This document shows positions 17,419 to 27,099 of a DNA stretch of 35,712 nt, in pieces. The DNA lies in NCBI GenBank assembly GCA_964583985.1, contig CAZOYD010000036.1, positions 1 to 35,712 on the forward strand. The letters are read 5' to 3'. Source of the stretch: an uncultured archaeon. Lineage in GTDB: Archaea; Asgardarchaeota; Lokiarchaeia; Sigyniarchaeales; SOKP01. Position 1 is the first letter of the stretch. The number at the start of each line of letters is the position of its first letter. A program made the position numbers and the translations under genes. The notes under the pieces are model-generated. The model did no database searches, had not been told where the DNA came from, and saw nothing but the letters and a program-made list of their open reading frames with translations.

Positions 17419-18411
17419 TTAAACCACTGTTGTATTCCCTTCTAACTTGTATTTAACTAATGTTAAAGCTCCTCTTATGCCAATTTCAGCGATATATTTT
17501 GTGACTTTTAGTTTAGGTGGATGATTAATGGTAAAAGGAAGAGGATCATTTTCAAATTGTTGAATTAAGGGAGGTAATATTAAATCTTGATCATTCATCA
17601 TCGCTCCACCAAAATATATTGAAGCACAGTCATAATAATTATTAACCATCCCTATTCCTATTTTTGAATAAAAGATACATTGTTCTATAATGCTTTTTGA
17701 AAATTTATCTCCTCCTCGAGCGGCCTGAAAAAGTTTCTTAGCCGTGATATTGGATTTATCATTATCAATCATAAACATCAATATCTTGGAAGACAAACTG
17801 CTATTCTCGATTAAGTCCAATGCTCTATTTCTTACACCTGTTCCCGAACTATAAACCTCCCAACATCCATGAGCTCCGCAGTTACATTGATACGTGCTTC
17901 GAGGATCAACAATGCCATGACCAATCTCAACAGCATTACCATCTTTGCCAAGTAATAAGTGACCATTACAGATCACGCCACCTCCTATTCCAGTAGATAA
18001 TGTTATGTAAACTAAATTATCTTTTTCATCCTCAGACGCTTCGAAAAAATGAACTCCCAATACTGAAGCGTTGCAATCATTAATTAGAAATATTGGAATG
18101 CCTGGAAATCTCTCTGATAATGGTGTTTTTAGCGGTATTTCTTTAAATCCTAGATTTGCATTATTAAAAATATACCCTTTAACTTGATCAATTGGACCAG
18201 CAGTTGCCAATCCAATTCCTAAGATTTGTTTGGAATCAATGCTATTTTCTACCAAGAATTCAGTTATAAGTAATATAATAGAGTTGACTATGGAAAACTC
18301 ATTTTGTTTTGGCGTTTGCATTGTCTTGATCTTGATGTCTTCTAAACTACTTGTTGCCATTGCTACACGAATTAAACTCCCTCCAACATCTACTCCAAAA
18401 ATTACTTCCAA
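17419..18411 (-). CDS. ROK-family sugar kinase (glucokinase-like)
   Basis: GVDVGG, NDCNA, TLSTGIGGG, EIGH, CNCGAHGCWE. TTG start preceded by GGTGAT. Confidence 0.92.
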   Translation of the reverse strand: MEVIFGVDVGGSLIRVAMATSSLEDIKIKTMQTPKQNEFSIVNSIILLITEFLVENSIDSKQILGIGLATAGPIDQVKGYIFNNANLGFKEIPLKTPLSERFPGIPIFLINDCNASVLGVHFFEASEDEKDNLVYITLSTGIGGGVICNGHLLLGKDGNAVEIGHGIVDPRSTYQCNCGAHGCWEVYSSGTGVRNRALDLIENSSLSSKILMFMIDNDKSNITAKKLFQAARGGDKFSKSIIEQCIFYSKIGIGMVNNYYDCASIYFGGAMMNDQDLILPPLIQQFENDPLPFTINHPPKLKVTKYIAEIGIRGALTLVKYKLEGNTTVV

Positions 18412-18457
18412 TATTACATCACCATATAATAATTAATTCAATTATAATAAAATTCAT

Positions 18458-19249
18458 TCAAAAAAAATTAATCTCAATATTTTTATTATCAATGATCTGA
18501 TTAAAAACATTCCTAATCTGATTCTTTTGATCTTCATCAATTGCATATACGAAATATTCTGCTGGAATTCTTGCAAGCGAATAAATTTGCACTTCATTAG
18601 GTTTTATCATTTTAATAGCTAATGCTAATCTTTCAATATTATCTGCATTAAAATTTGGAATATAATCCTTACGATGCGAATTTAGCATTATGCATTGAAG
18701 AACTAACTTATTAGAAATCATTTTATTTCGTAATTGAATGAGAGATTCAATAATTTTATCATTAGTAGGACATAATGAATGCGGACGATTCGTTCTAATA
18801 TAATCAGTTTGAGTTGCAACATCTAATTTTGCTAAAACAACTTCAAAATTCATAACTCTTTCCTGTATATTTTCAAAATATAACGTGCTAGAATTAGTAA
18901 AAAGTGTAAATTGAGGTGGTTTTCGTGTCCAATTTAAATCATTTCTTACTTTTAGAGCGATATCATAAAATTCCATTAAATTGTCATTTAATGTAGGTTC
19001 CCCATTGTAACCAAAAGTAATCGAATCTAAATGGGGGAAATATTTTAAAATATCTCTTAACTCTTTTTCAAATTTAGGGGAGAGGGGTGAATTTATACGA
19101 TAATTGGGCGGTACCAAGTTTACGGTATTACCTATTTCACAATAAACGCAATCGAATGTACATGTTTTAGTTCTAGGTAGAACATCAACCCCCAATGACA
19201 ACCCTAATCGTCTCGACGGAAAAGGGCCGTAAGTATATTCTCGTGGCAT
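18458..19249 (-). CDS. Radical SAM protein (COG0731-type)
   Basis: YGPFPSRRLGLSLGVD, CTFDCVYC, GEPTL, TNSS, AKLD. Confidence 0.88.
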   Translation of the reverse strand: MPREYTYGPFPSRRLGLSLGVDVLPRTKTCTFDCVYCEIGNTVNLVPPNYRINSPLSPKFEKELRDILKYFPHLDSITFGYNGEPTLNDNLMEFYDIALKVRNDLNWTRKPPQFTLFTNSSTLYFENIQERVMNFEVVLAKLDVATQTDYIRTNRPHSLCPTNDKIIESLIQLRNKMISNKLVLQCIMLNSHRKDYIPNFNADNIERLALAIKMIKPNEVQIYSLARIPAEYFVYAIDEDQKNQIRNVFNQIIDNKNIEINFF

Positions 19250-19256
19250 AATTTAT

Positions 19257-20018
19257 TTAAAAATATTTTTGTATAAAATCTTGAATAACTTTATTAAATT
19301 CCTCAGATTTCTCAAGCATTACCATGTGTCCTGCTTGCTTAATGATTTTGTAATCATTAATTTTTATATTCTCGTGAAAATAATTAGAATACCTAACGGG
19401 TGTCAATTTATCTTCAGCACCGACAATAATTAAGCATGGAATTTTTATAGATGATGTTTTTTCAAGCATATCAAACTTATCGCAAATCGAGAAATCTTGA
19501 TAAGTTACTTCAGAACCGATCGTAGAACTTTCTTTAATATATTCATTGATTATATTGGTTGGTGTTTTCCTTGAAAATGCACCAACGGGTAAATCATTTA
19601 GAAATTTATCATAATTCGTTTTTAACGATTCTAAAATGACTTGACTCACCTTTAATCTCGCTCCAGTCCCTACTAATATCAGCTTATTGACAAAATTAGG
19701 ATAATTAAAATAAAATGACTGAATAACTGCTCCTCCCAATGAATGACCACATAGGATCATCTTTTCATAATTTAACGATTCAATAAATTTCTTCAATACA
19801 TCAACATATAAATCTAAAGAGAGAGTTTCAAATTTATCTGATCTGCCATGGGAAGGTAAATCTAAGGCAATTATAGAATAATTAATATCAATATCAAATT
19901 GATGTTTCCATATGGAAGAATCTCCGCCAGAACCATGAATGAAAACTAAGAAATTATTAGATCCAGCTTTTCTAATTTTATAAAATAGTTTTTTACCATC
20001 ATAATTGAAAAAAATCAA
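19257..20018 (-). CDS. Alpha/beta-fold hydrolase
   Basis: FIHGSGG, LDLPSHG, GHSLGG nucleophile elbow, GAED, AGH. Confidence 0.92.
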   Translation of the reverse strand: MIFFNYDGKKLFYKIRKAGSNNFLVFIHGSGGDSSIWKHQFDIDINYSIIALDLPSHGRSDKFETLSLDLYVDVLKKFIESLNYEKMILCGHSLGGAVIQSFYFNYPNFVNKLILVGTGARLKVSQVILESLKTNYDKFLNDLPVGAFSRKTPTNIINEYIKESSTIGSEVTYQDFSICDKFDMLEKTSSIKIPCLIIVGAEDKLTPVRYSNYFHENIKINDYKIIKQAGHMVMLEKSEEFNKVIQDFIQKYF

Positions 20019-20227
20019 GATATTCTAACCTCGATACCATTCTATTATTTGAAAAGAAAAATAAAATAAAGATTTTATTTTAATAATCAGAAATAAAAAA
20101 GTACTAAAGATGTTTATCAAAATTATAGATTATTAAATTCTTAAAAGTCTGCTATTTTAACATCTTATAGTATATAAAACTAATTTTAATATGGTCCTTC
20201 AAGTTTTTTATCTAAGTTCAATGTAGA

Positions 20228-22990
20228 CTATAAGGATTCAATGTTCTCAACTGAAACATCCTTATATTGCATTTCGAGAAGATGTTTATAAACGCTATTT
20301 TCTCTAACTATTAGTTGCTCATGAGTACCTTGCTCCACGATACCTTTTTGATCTTGATCAAGCACCACAATCCAATCTGCATTTTTAATTGTAGATAAAC
20401 GATGAGCGATTATGAGTGTTGTTCGTCCTTCTCTTGCTCGATCAAGAGCATCTTGGATCAATGACTCTGTATAGGGATCCACAGATGAGGTTGCCTCATC
20501 AAGAATTAATATCTTTGGATTTTGGATCAGAGCTCGGGCAAATGCAATGAGTTGACGTTGTCCTATAGAAATATTCGATGCATTTTCCTTTAGTATAGTA
20601 TCATATTTTTTAGGAAGTGTTTCAATAAAATTATGGAGACCCAAAAATTTCGATACACCAATCATCTTCTCTTCTATTTTTTCTTTCATCTTGGGGTTTG
20701 ATACTTCTTCCTCATATCCATAGAGAAGGTTATCTCGGATGGTACCTGAGAATAGGAATGAGTCTTGAGGTACAAGACCGATCAAATTTCGAAGATTTTT
20801 TTTATCTAAAGTTTTTACATCTATACCGTCAATCAAAATCTTTCCATCAATTACATCATAAAATCGACAAATTAACTTGATGAAGGTAGTTTTTCCAGCA
20901 CCAGTCCTCCCAACAATAGCAATAGTTTTACCCTCATCGATTTTTAAGTCTAATTGTTTTAGGACATACCCAGTTGACATTTCATGTTCCATAAGAATTC
21001 GTTGCTCTTCAATAGCTTTCTTCACAATCTCTGGAAAATCTTTAGTAATTTCTTCAGGTAAAGAAATTACAGTTAGCATCCGAAGAAGCTGCGTACTGTT
21101 CATCCTCCCACCCGTTCCACCACCTATCATTTCTCCAGATTCACCACCCATTCCCCCTCCGCTTCCACTGCCCCTTGCCATAGTTGATTGACCTTTGAGA
21201 GTCATTTCTAACCCTCGAACTATTCGATTAATTTTTTCGGGATTATTTAAAAAATCTTTAAAGAATGGAGGTATATCTTGTACTATTGATTCTTTCCTTA
21301 TATCCGATATCTTTGCTAAATCTTCAAAATATTTTTTATTTTTAACGACTGGTCTCTCTTCTGTCATCGTTGATTTCTTAAAAGTTTGGGGGAAATTTGT
21401 ATTTAATTCTGGATGATCTTTCGCCTGTTGAGTTTCTGGAATTGCAAATCCAAATTTTGACAAGATCTCATCAATCTTAGTAGGAAAATCCTCAGGAGAT
21501 TTTCCCATTATATTTGTTATTATTTTTCGTCTAATTTCTTGAGGGATCTGAATAAAATTCTTTTGAATGAATAATTTATACGGTTCTGGAAGATTTGATA
21601 AAAAATGTTGAGCTTGTTGCATCATCTTCATAGGATTATGATCTTGAACTCTTTTTTGCATTTCTTGCGTCTTAATTTTATCAGATTTATTCGAAGTTAT
21701 AGGAACTTTTAGAGATCCCTTAGAAAATGAATTGAATTCTTCGATTCCATTGAACTTATAGCCGAAGCTGACATCCTCAAATTCAATGAGCCCTTTAGGA
21801 TTCTGAATGTATACAGGTTGTTCTGGATTGGGAAGATCAACCTCCTCATCTAAAACCGCATATATTCGATCAGCGGCAGCCATTGCACTTTCAATAACTT
21901 GCTGGATTTGAGTAAGATTCATAAAAGGCTGGAAAAAGTTTGACATATATTGAATGAATGCGGTAAGTATTCCTGCAGTAATCGCGATACCAAAAGGAGT
22001 AAAATTAATTAGAGTCACATACCCTCCAATCACAAGAACTGTTGCGGTTAAGACGGATGATAAGAATCTAATAAGTGGAAAGAAAGTAGCAAAAATTCTC
22101 CGTGCTCTAAATGAAGCTTCAGCATTCTCCAGATTTGCTCGATCAAATTCATCCCTAGCTTTTTCTTCTTGGCCAAATGCTTTAACGGTCTTTGCTCCTG
22201 TAATATTCTCTTGAATTGAAGAAGTAACTTTGCTAATCTTCTTCCGAGTTTCTTTAAAAGCACCTATCACTCGATTTCTAAACCATCTAGACATGAAATA
22301 GAAGACAGGAAAAACAATTAACCCGAATAATGCAAGGAAAGGACTCAATATAAACATAAATGTAATACTTAATCCGAGACTTATAATACTCGTAATAATC
22401 TGGACGAGTTGTCCACCCACTAATAAATTCATTTGATCAATATCATTCGTTGCTCTAGAGATTACATCACCCGAAGGATGTTTATCAAAATAAGCCATCG
22501 ACATGTTCTGAAGTTGTTCGAAAATATCATTTCGCATTGAAAAAACAACATTTTGTCCAATTTTCCCCAAGCCATAAGATCCAATATAATTTCCTATTGC
22601 CATAATTACCAAAAGCGTCATATAAAGGATGGAGATACTAAAAATTACTTGAGAATTTCTTTGAATAATTCCAAGATCTATCAAATTTCTAGTTAATAAT
22701 GGTGTAATAGAACTAATTACTGAACCTAATACAATAAGTATGGTATAAAAAATGAACAGTATCTTATGTTTAAAAAGATATGCATAAATCCAACGCCACA
22801 AAATACGTCGTGGATTTTCAAGTTTAACCTTTTCTCCAGTAAACGCCATCGGACCACGGCGATTGGTTACTTGGGGGCCAACGGGCCTTAATTCTCTTTC
22901 TTTCTCTATTTTTTCGAGTCGTTTCTTCTCTTCCAGATTTATTTTTTCTTCGGATAAATTTGAATTTTCTTGAATTTTTCTTTTCTTCAT
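20228..22990 (-). CDS. Heterodimeric ABC exporter subunit (TM288/LmrD-like) with a large insertion in the NBD
   Basis: TMD plus NBD: GRTGAGKT, degenerate signature ISIGQ, canonical LDEATS and IAHRL. About 260 extra aa lie between SFGY and VLKQLD. Confidence 0.92.
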   Translation of the reverse strand: MKKRKIQENSNLSEEKINLEEKKRLEKIEKERELRPVGPQVTNRRGPMAFTGEKVKLENPRRILWRWIYAYLFKHKILFIFYTILIVLGSVISSITPLLTRNLIDLGIIQRNSQVIFSISILYMTLLVIMAIGNYIGSYGLGKIGQNVVFSMRNDIFEQLQNMSMAYFDKHPSGDVISRATNDIDQMNLLVGGQLVQIITSIISLGLSITFMFILSPFLALFGLIVFPVFYFMSRWFRNRVIGAFKETRKKISKVTSSIQENITGAKTVKAFGQEEKARDEFDRANLENAEASFRARRIFATFFPLIRFLSSVLTATVLVIGGYVTLINFTPFGIAITAGILTAFIQYMSNFFQPFMNLTQIQQVIESAMAAADRIYAVLDEEVDLPNPEQPVYIQNPKGLIEFEDVSFGYKFNGIEEFNSFSKGSLKVPITSNKSDKIKTQEMQKRVQDHNPMKMMQQAQHFLSNLPEPYKLFIQKNFIQIPQEIRRKIITNIMGKSPEDFPTKIDEILSKFGFAIPETQQAKDHPELNTNFPQTFKKSTMTEERPVVKNKKYFEDLAKISDIRKESIVQDIPPFFKDFLNNPEKINRIVRGLEMTLKGQSTMARGSGSGGGMGGESGEMIGGGTGGRMNSTQLLRMLTVISLPEEITKDFPEIVKKAIEEQRILMEHEMSTGYVLKQLDLKIDEGKTIAIVGRTGAGKTTFIKLICRFYDVIDGKILIDGIDVKTLDKKNLRNLIGLVPQDSFLFSGTIRDNLLYGYEEEVSNPKMKEKIEEKMIGVSKFLGLHNFIETLPKKYDTILKENASNISIGQRQLIAFARALIQNPKILILDEATSSVDPYTESLIQDALDRAREGRTTLIIAHRLSTIKNADWIVVLDQDQKGIVEQGTHEQLIVRENSVYKHLLEMQYKDVSVENIESL

Positions 22991-24771
22991 TCTGGAATAC
23001 CCTTCGGTTTTTCTATTGATTTTATAACAAGTTCCTTCTGTTTTCGATAAAGTGTTTCAAAAATTTGTCGGTAAAGTACATTTTCATTAATTAAATTACT
23101 ATGAGTTCCGAATCCTACAATCCTACCTTTATCTAACACTAGGATCTCATCAGCATTACGAATAGTGGAAATTCGCTGAGTAATTATAAATGTTGTTGTA
23201 TTTTTCATAATGCGCTCAAGTGCTAGCTGGATCTTGTATTCCGTCTCAACATCAACAGAGCTTGTTGAATCATCAAAAATTAGTATCTTTGGTTTAAGGA
23301 TAATCGCTCGAGCTATACTTAAGCGTTGTTTTTGGCCCCCAGAAAGGCGAGTACCACGTTCTCCGACCATTGTTTGATAACCGTCTGGTAGACTTGTGAT
23401 AAAATCGTGAATATTTGCACTTTTTGCTGCTTCTATCACTTCTTTCATTGTTGCATTCTCCTTGCCATAAGTAATGTTTTCTTTAATTGTTTTATTAAAT
23501 AGAAAAGTATCTTGAGATACTATTGCTATATTTCCACGTAATTCTGAGATGTTATAATCTCTGACATCAACATCATCAATTTTGATGGCACCTTCACTCA
23601 CATCATAAAAACGAGGAATCAGATTAATAATAGTGGATTTTCCAGAACCAGTAGTTCCAATGATGGCAACTTTTTGTCCTGAAGGTACTTTAAACGTTAA
23701 ATTTATAAGCACACGGTTACTTGGAGTGTACCCAAAGGAAACATCATTAAATTCGATATATCCTTTAAGACTCTTAGCACTGATAGGATTTGGTCTCTCT
23801 TTAATTTCTGGAGCTGATTCGATCACTTCTCGTACTCGACGTAATGCTGCATCTGCTTGAACATACATGATCATTATCTGTCCAATAACTACAAGAGGGA
23901 AAGTTGTTAACCCTATATAGGATTGAAAAGTAACAAGAGTAGTCAATGACATTAGCCCTTGAACGACTAAATTCCCTCCAATAAAGAGAGTAAGGATGAT
24001 CATCAAGCCTAGTAATATGAGATTGATAGGCATATAAAGGGAGTTAATTTTTACGGAACGTACACTAGCATTATAAAATCTCTGGTTGTTTACCTTAAAT
24101 TTTCTGAATTCTTTTTCTTGCATACTGAACATCCGGACTACTTGTGATCCTACAATATTTTCTCGGATGGTATTAGTTAGCTCTCCAAAAGCCTCCCGAC
24201 TTTCATAATATATTGGACGAAGTTTCTTTGTAATAATTAAGGAAATCAAAAGTGAGGAAGGGATGAGAATTGCAAATATCCAAATCAATTGCGATCTAAG
24301 AACAAAAACCGCAATTAGAACTCCGAATAATTGGATGATACTTTGGACTCCTACCGCTAATCCAAAACCAAAAATCATATCTGTTTGTTCAACATCAGAA
24401 GTAGCTCGTGCAACTAAGTTGCCCGCCTCCATTTGGTCAAAATAAGCAAATGATTGGCGATTAATTGCATTATGTATGTCATTCCTGATATAATATAAAG
24501 CATTAGTCGATACTCTAGCACCCAATATCCGTGAATAACGAAAAATAATAAAAACCGCCAATCCAAGGAGAACAATGACAAAAAAGTCAAAAAACAATTC
24601 TGTCATACTAATTGGATTATTCGTATTGGGATCAAAGCGACCTACAATCTGTCCGATGTAAATGGGGATAATTAGTTGGAAAATTGTAGATACTATTTGC
24701 CAAATTAATGCTTTCGCAAAAATACCCTTACTTTTCAACCAATATTTTATAATCATATGTAACGAATTCAT
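22987..24771 (-). CDS. Heterodimeric ABC exporter subunit (TM287/LmrC-like, degenerate site)
   Basis: GTTGSGKS, LSGGQ, Walker B IFDDS (Asp for catalytic Glu) and switch ITQR (Gln for His). Overlaps its partner by 4 nt. Confidence 0.93.
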   Translation of the reverse strand: MNSLHMIIKYWLKSKGIFAKALIWQIVSTIFQLIIPIYIGQIVGRFDPNTNNPISMTELFFDFFVIVLLGLAVFIIFRYSRILGARVSTNALYYIRNDIHNAINRQSFAYFDQMEAGNLVARATSDVEQTDMIFGFGLAVGVQSIIQLFGVLIAVFVLRSQLIWIFAILIPSSLLISLIITKKLRPIYYESREAFGELTNTIRENIVGSQVVRMFSMQEKEFRKFKVNNQRFYNASVRSVKINSLYMPINLILLGLMIILTLFIGGNLVVQGLMSLTTLVTFQSYIGLTTFPLVVIGQIMIMYVQADAALRRVREVIESAPEIKERPNPISAKSLKGYIEFNDVSFGYTPSNRVLINLTFKVPSGQKVAIIGTTGSGKSTIINLIPRFYDVSEGAIKIDDVDVRDYNISELRGNIAIVSQDTFLFNKTIKENITYGKENATMKEVIEAAKSANIHDFITSLPDGYQTMVGERGTRLSGGQKQRLSIARAIILKPKILIFDDSTSSVDVETEYKIQLALERIMKNTTTFIITQRISTIRNADEILVLDKGRIVGFGTHSNLINENVLYRQIFETLYRKQKELVIKSIEKPKGIPE

Positions 24772-24837
24772 AATCTTCCATTTATTAAATTTGATTATCT
24801 TGATGGATTAAATTTGTTTTTAAAGGTACATCTCTAT

Positions 24838-25410
24838 TCAATTTTTTTCAATACTTTCTACTTTTCTTTTTAAATCTTCAATTCTATCATCGATTCTTTG
24901 AACTTGTTCTTTATGTCTTTCAATATTCCTAGTCAATATTGATTTTTGAAGTTCAAGGAATTCTAATTGTTCTTGTTCAGATCTTTCATCCAATCTTTTT
25001 AATATAAGATTTAAAGGATGTAGTTTCCTCATATTTTCGGGTAAGGTGGTGGCTTTATCTTCTCCTAACATAGCAGTTCTTAATGCTTCAAATGAACTTT
25101 CGATCAGACTCTTCTTATCCAACATAATTCTCAAGGTTGATTGCCCTTTTATAGTAGTTTCATAGATTTTTCTGTTTCTTCCCTCAACTTGTTCTTCTTT
25201 GAATGTAATTAATTGCTTCTCAGTCATATCTTTTAAAACAGTGTACATAGTTGAGGAAGGTATATCCCATAAACCTAAAGTCCTCTTTTCTATTTCTTTA
25301 GCGATTTTATAGCCATAAGAAGGATTTTTCTCAAGAATGATTAAAATAAGTGATGCTATAAAGCCATTTTTCATAGCTGATTCGAACTTCTCAGCAAATC
25401 TTTCAGCCAC
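24838..25410 (-). CDS. PadR-family transcriptional regulator
   Basis: LIILEKNPSYGYKIAKEI...STMYTVL...RNRKIYETTIKG winged helix, followed by a C-terminal coiled coil. It precedes the ABC pair. Confidence 0.92.
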   Translation of the reverse strand: MAERFAEKFESAMKNGFIASLILIILEKNPSYGYKIAKEIEKRTLGLWDIPSSTMYTVLKDMTEKQLITFKEEQVEGRNRKIYETTIKGQSTLRIMLDKKSLIESSFEALRTAMLGEDKATTLPENMRKLHPLNLILKRLDERSEQEQLEFLELQKSILTRNIERHKEQVQRIDDRIEDLKRKVESIEKN

Positions 25411-25445
25411 GTTATACCCCTTATTTTTAATAATAACTCAAGATC

Positions 25446-25457
25446 TGACATATGTCA
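25446..25457. promoter_or_regulatory. Perfect 12-bp palindrome TGACATATGTCA, candidate PadR operator
   Basis: Located 35 nt upstream of the padR start and about 20-25 nt downstream of a minus-strand TTTATATT box (25485-25478). Confidence 0.55.
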
Positions 25458-25634
25458 AAGAATAAAAATTTAATTATAATATAAAATAAGCTACTCTAAA
25501 AGTAATAAGCTATTATTTTCAATTTCAAAGTCAATCTTTTTCAATTTAAATAACTTATTAAAAATTGGTGATAAAAAATTTCTAATGTATATATTACTGA
25601 TACCTCAAGTTCAATAAGAAGTGCGGTAAATCAA

Positions 25635-26912
25635 ATGTTTTCTTATTTAGAAGAGAGTGAAATTCCCATCATCAAAAGTTCAAAAGAGGTCTATATTAAA
25701 GTAAATGGTATAGATTTTAAAAAACATTGCTATACATCTCCAGAAGTATTGGAAGCTGTAATTAATTACCTAAAAAATAAAGGCGCAAAAGTTAATGTTA
25801 TGGAAAACTCTACTCAAGGTAATATGACAAGAATAGTCTTTTCTATAAATGGGTATAAACAGGTTTGCGAAAGAACAGGAGCAAATATAATATATTTAGA
25901 TGAGGAAGATTTTCAAGAATTTGAATTTAAAGGAAAACGATCAATCGATGAAGATCCTAAAGGATATAACCTAAAAATTTTCAGATTACCTTCCACCATC
26001 GTCAAAATTATCGAAGAAAGGGAAACCATTACTTATATTAATTTGCCTAAATTAAAAACTCATTCTATGGCCCGAGTAACACTTGGAATCAAAAATCAAT
26101 GGGGTTTTCCTCAACATGCCGACAGAGGTAAAGATCATAACTATAATTTACATTCGAAATTGGTAGATGTATATGGAATTATTAGACCCGACATTACAAT
26201 TATTGATGGTTCAGGAGGAGGAACAATTCATGGGCACTATCCTCCTACAGCTTGGGAGGATGAATTAGTAATTCCATTTAACATATTAATTGGGGGTCAA
26301 GATACCTTGGCTGTTGATGTTGTTGGTGCACGGATCTTTGGTCTGACAATAGATGAAGTTCCTCACCTAAAAATAGCATATGAACGCGGATTAGGAGAAG
26401 GTGATATTGAAAAGATAAAGGTTATTGGTAAAGATTTAAGCGAGTACAAAGAGAAATATGAATGGAATTTAGTGCAAAAATTTCCGGATGATGTGAAAAT
26501 AGTTAAAGGAAAAGAAATGGTATGTATTGAAGGTTGTTTAAACAATCCTTTAGCAACCGTACAAGGTTTTGCATATGATTATCCTGATAAATTTAAAGGA
26601 AACTGGTTTTTAGTAATAGGAAAAGGTCATGATGAAAATTTAGTAGAAATGTTAAAAGAAGAAGGCTACACAAAAGGACTTGTTGCTGGGTTTTGCGCTA
26701 TTGACGAAGTTGGCGATAAGCTTGTTAAGGAATTTGGAAAAAGGAAGGTATTTTTCTCAGGAGATTGCAATAATTTAGCTGAAACTGTCAAAGCTGTTTT
26801 AAAATTAGCAAAAATGACCGTGTTAGATCTAGTTCCAATTTCTAATGATGAATTAATGGCACTTATCAACGAAGCTCAACAACATGGCAGTACTGCATTA
26901 ACACCCCTCTAA
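25635..26912 (+). CDS. DUF362 domain (Fe-S-associated) protein
   Basis: YIKVN..., TSPEVLEAV, INLPKLKTH, VTLGIKN, DTLAVDVVGARIFG, and later Cys residues (CIEGC, GFC, GDC). The frame extends upstream to ATT at 25578. Confidence 0.85.
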   Translation: MFSYLEESEIPIIKSSKEVYIKVNGIDFKKHCYTSPEVLEAVINYLKNKGAKVNVMENSTQGNMTRIVFSINGYKQVCERTGANIIYLDEEDFQEFEFKGKRSIDEDPKGYNLKIFRLPSTIVKIIEERETITYINLPKLKTHSMARVTLGIKNQWGFPQHADRGKDHNYNLHSKLVDVYGIIRPDITIIDGSGGGTIHGHYPPTAWEDELVIPFNILIGGQDTLAVDVVGARIFGLTIDEVPHLKIAYERGLGEGDIEKIKVIGKDLSEYKEKYEWNLVQKFPDDVKIVKGKEMVCIEGCLNNPLATVQGFAYDYPDKFKGNWFLVIGKGHDENLVEMLKEEGYTKGLVAGFCAIDEVGDKLVKEFGKRKVFFSGDCNNLAETVKAVLKLAKMTVLDLVPISNDELMALINEAQQHGSTALTPL

Positions 26913-27099
26913 TATCGTCAGAAATGAAATCAAAAAATCAAATTCCTTTCAAAATTCGCTATTAATTCAAATTAAACAACAATAATATTCTTTTATTTCA
27001 AAATTAAACTGAAATTCTTAAAGATATATTGATTATGTAAATAATTAAATAGAAAATTTGACACTAATAATTTAAAAAAATCAAAATATAAATCTGCAA

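Noticed and set aside
20969-21757. Intein in the ABC NBD
   Set aside because: No N-terminal Cys/Ser block, no His-Asn followed by Cys/Ser/Thr, and no LAGLIDADG motif.
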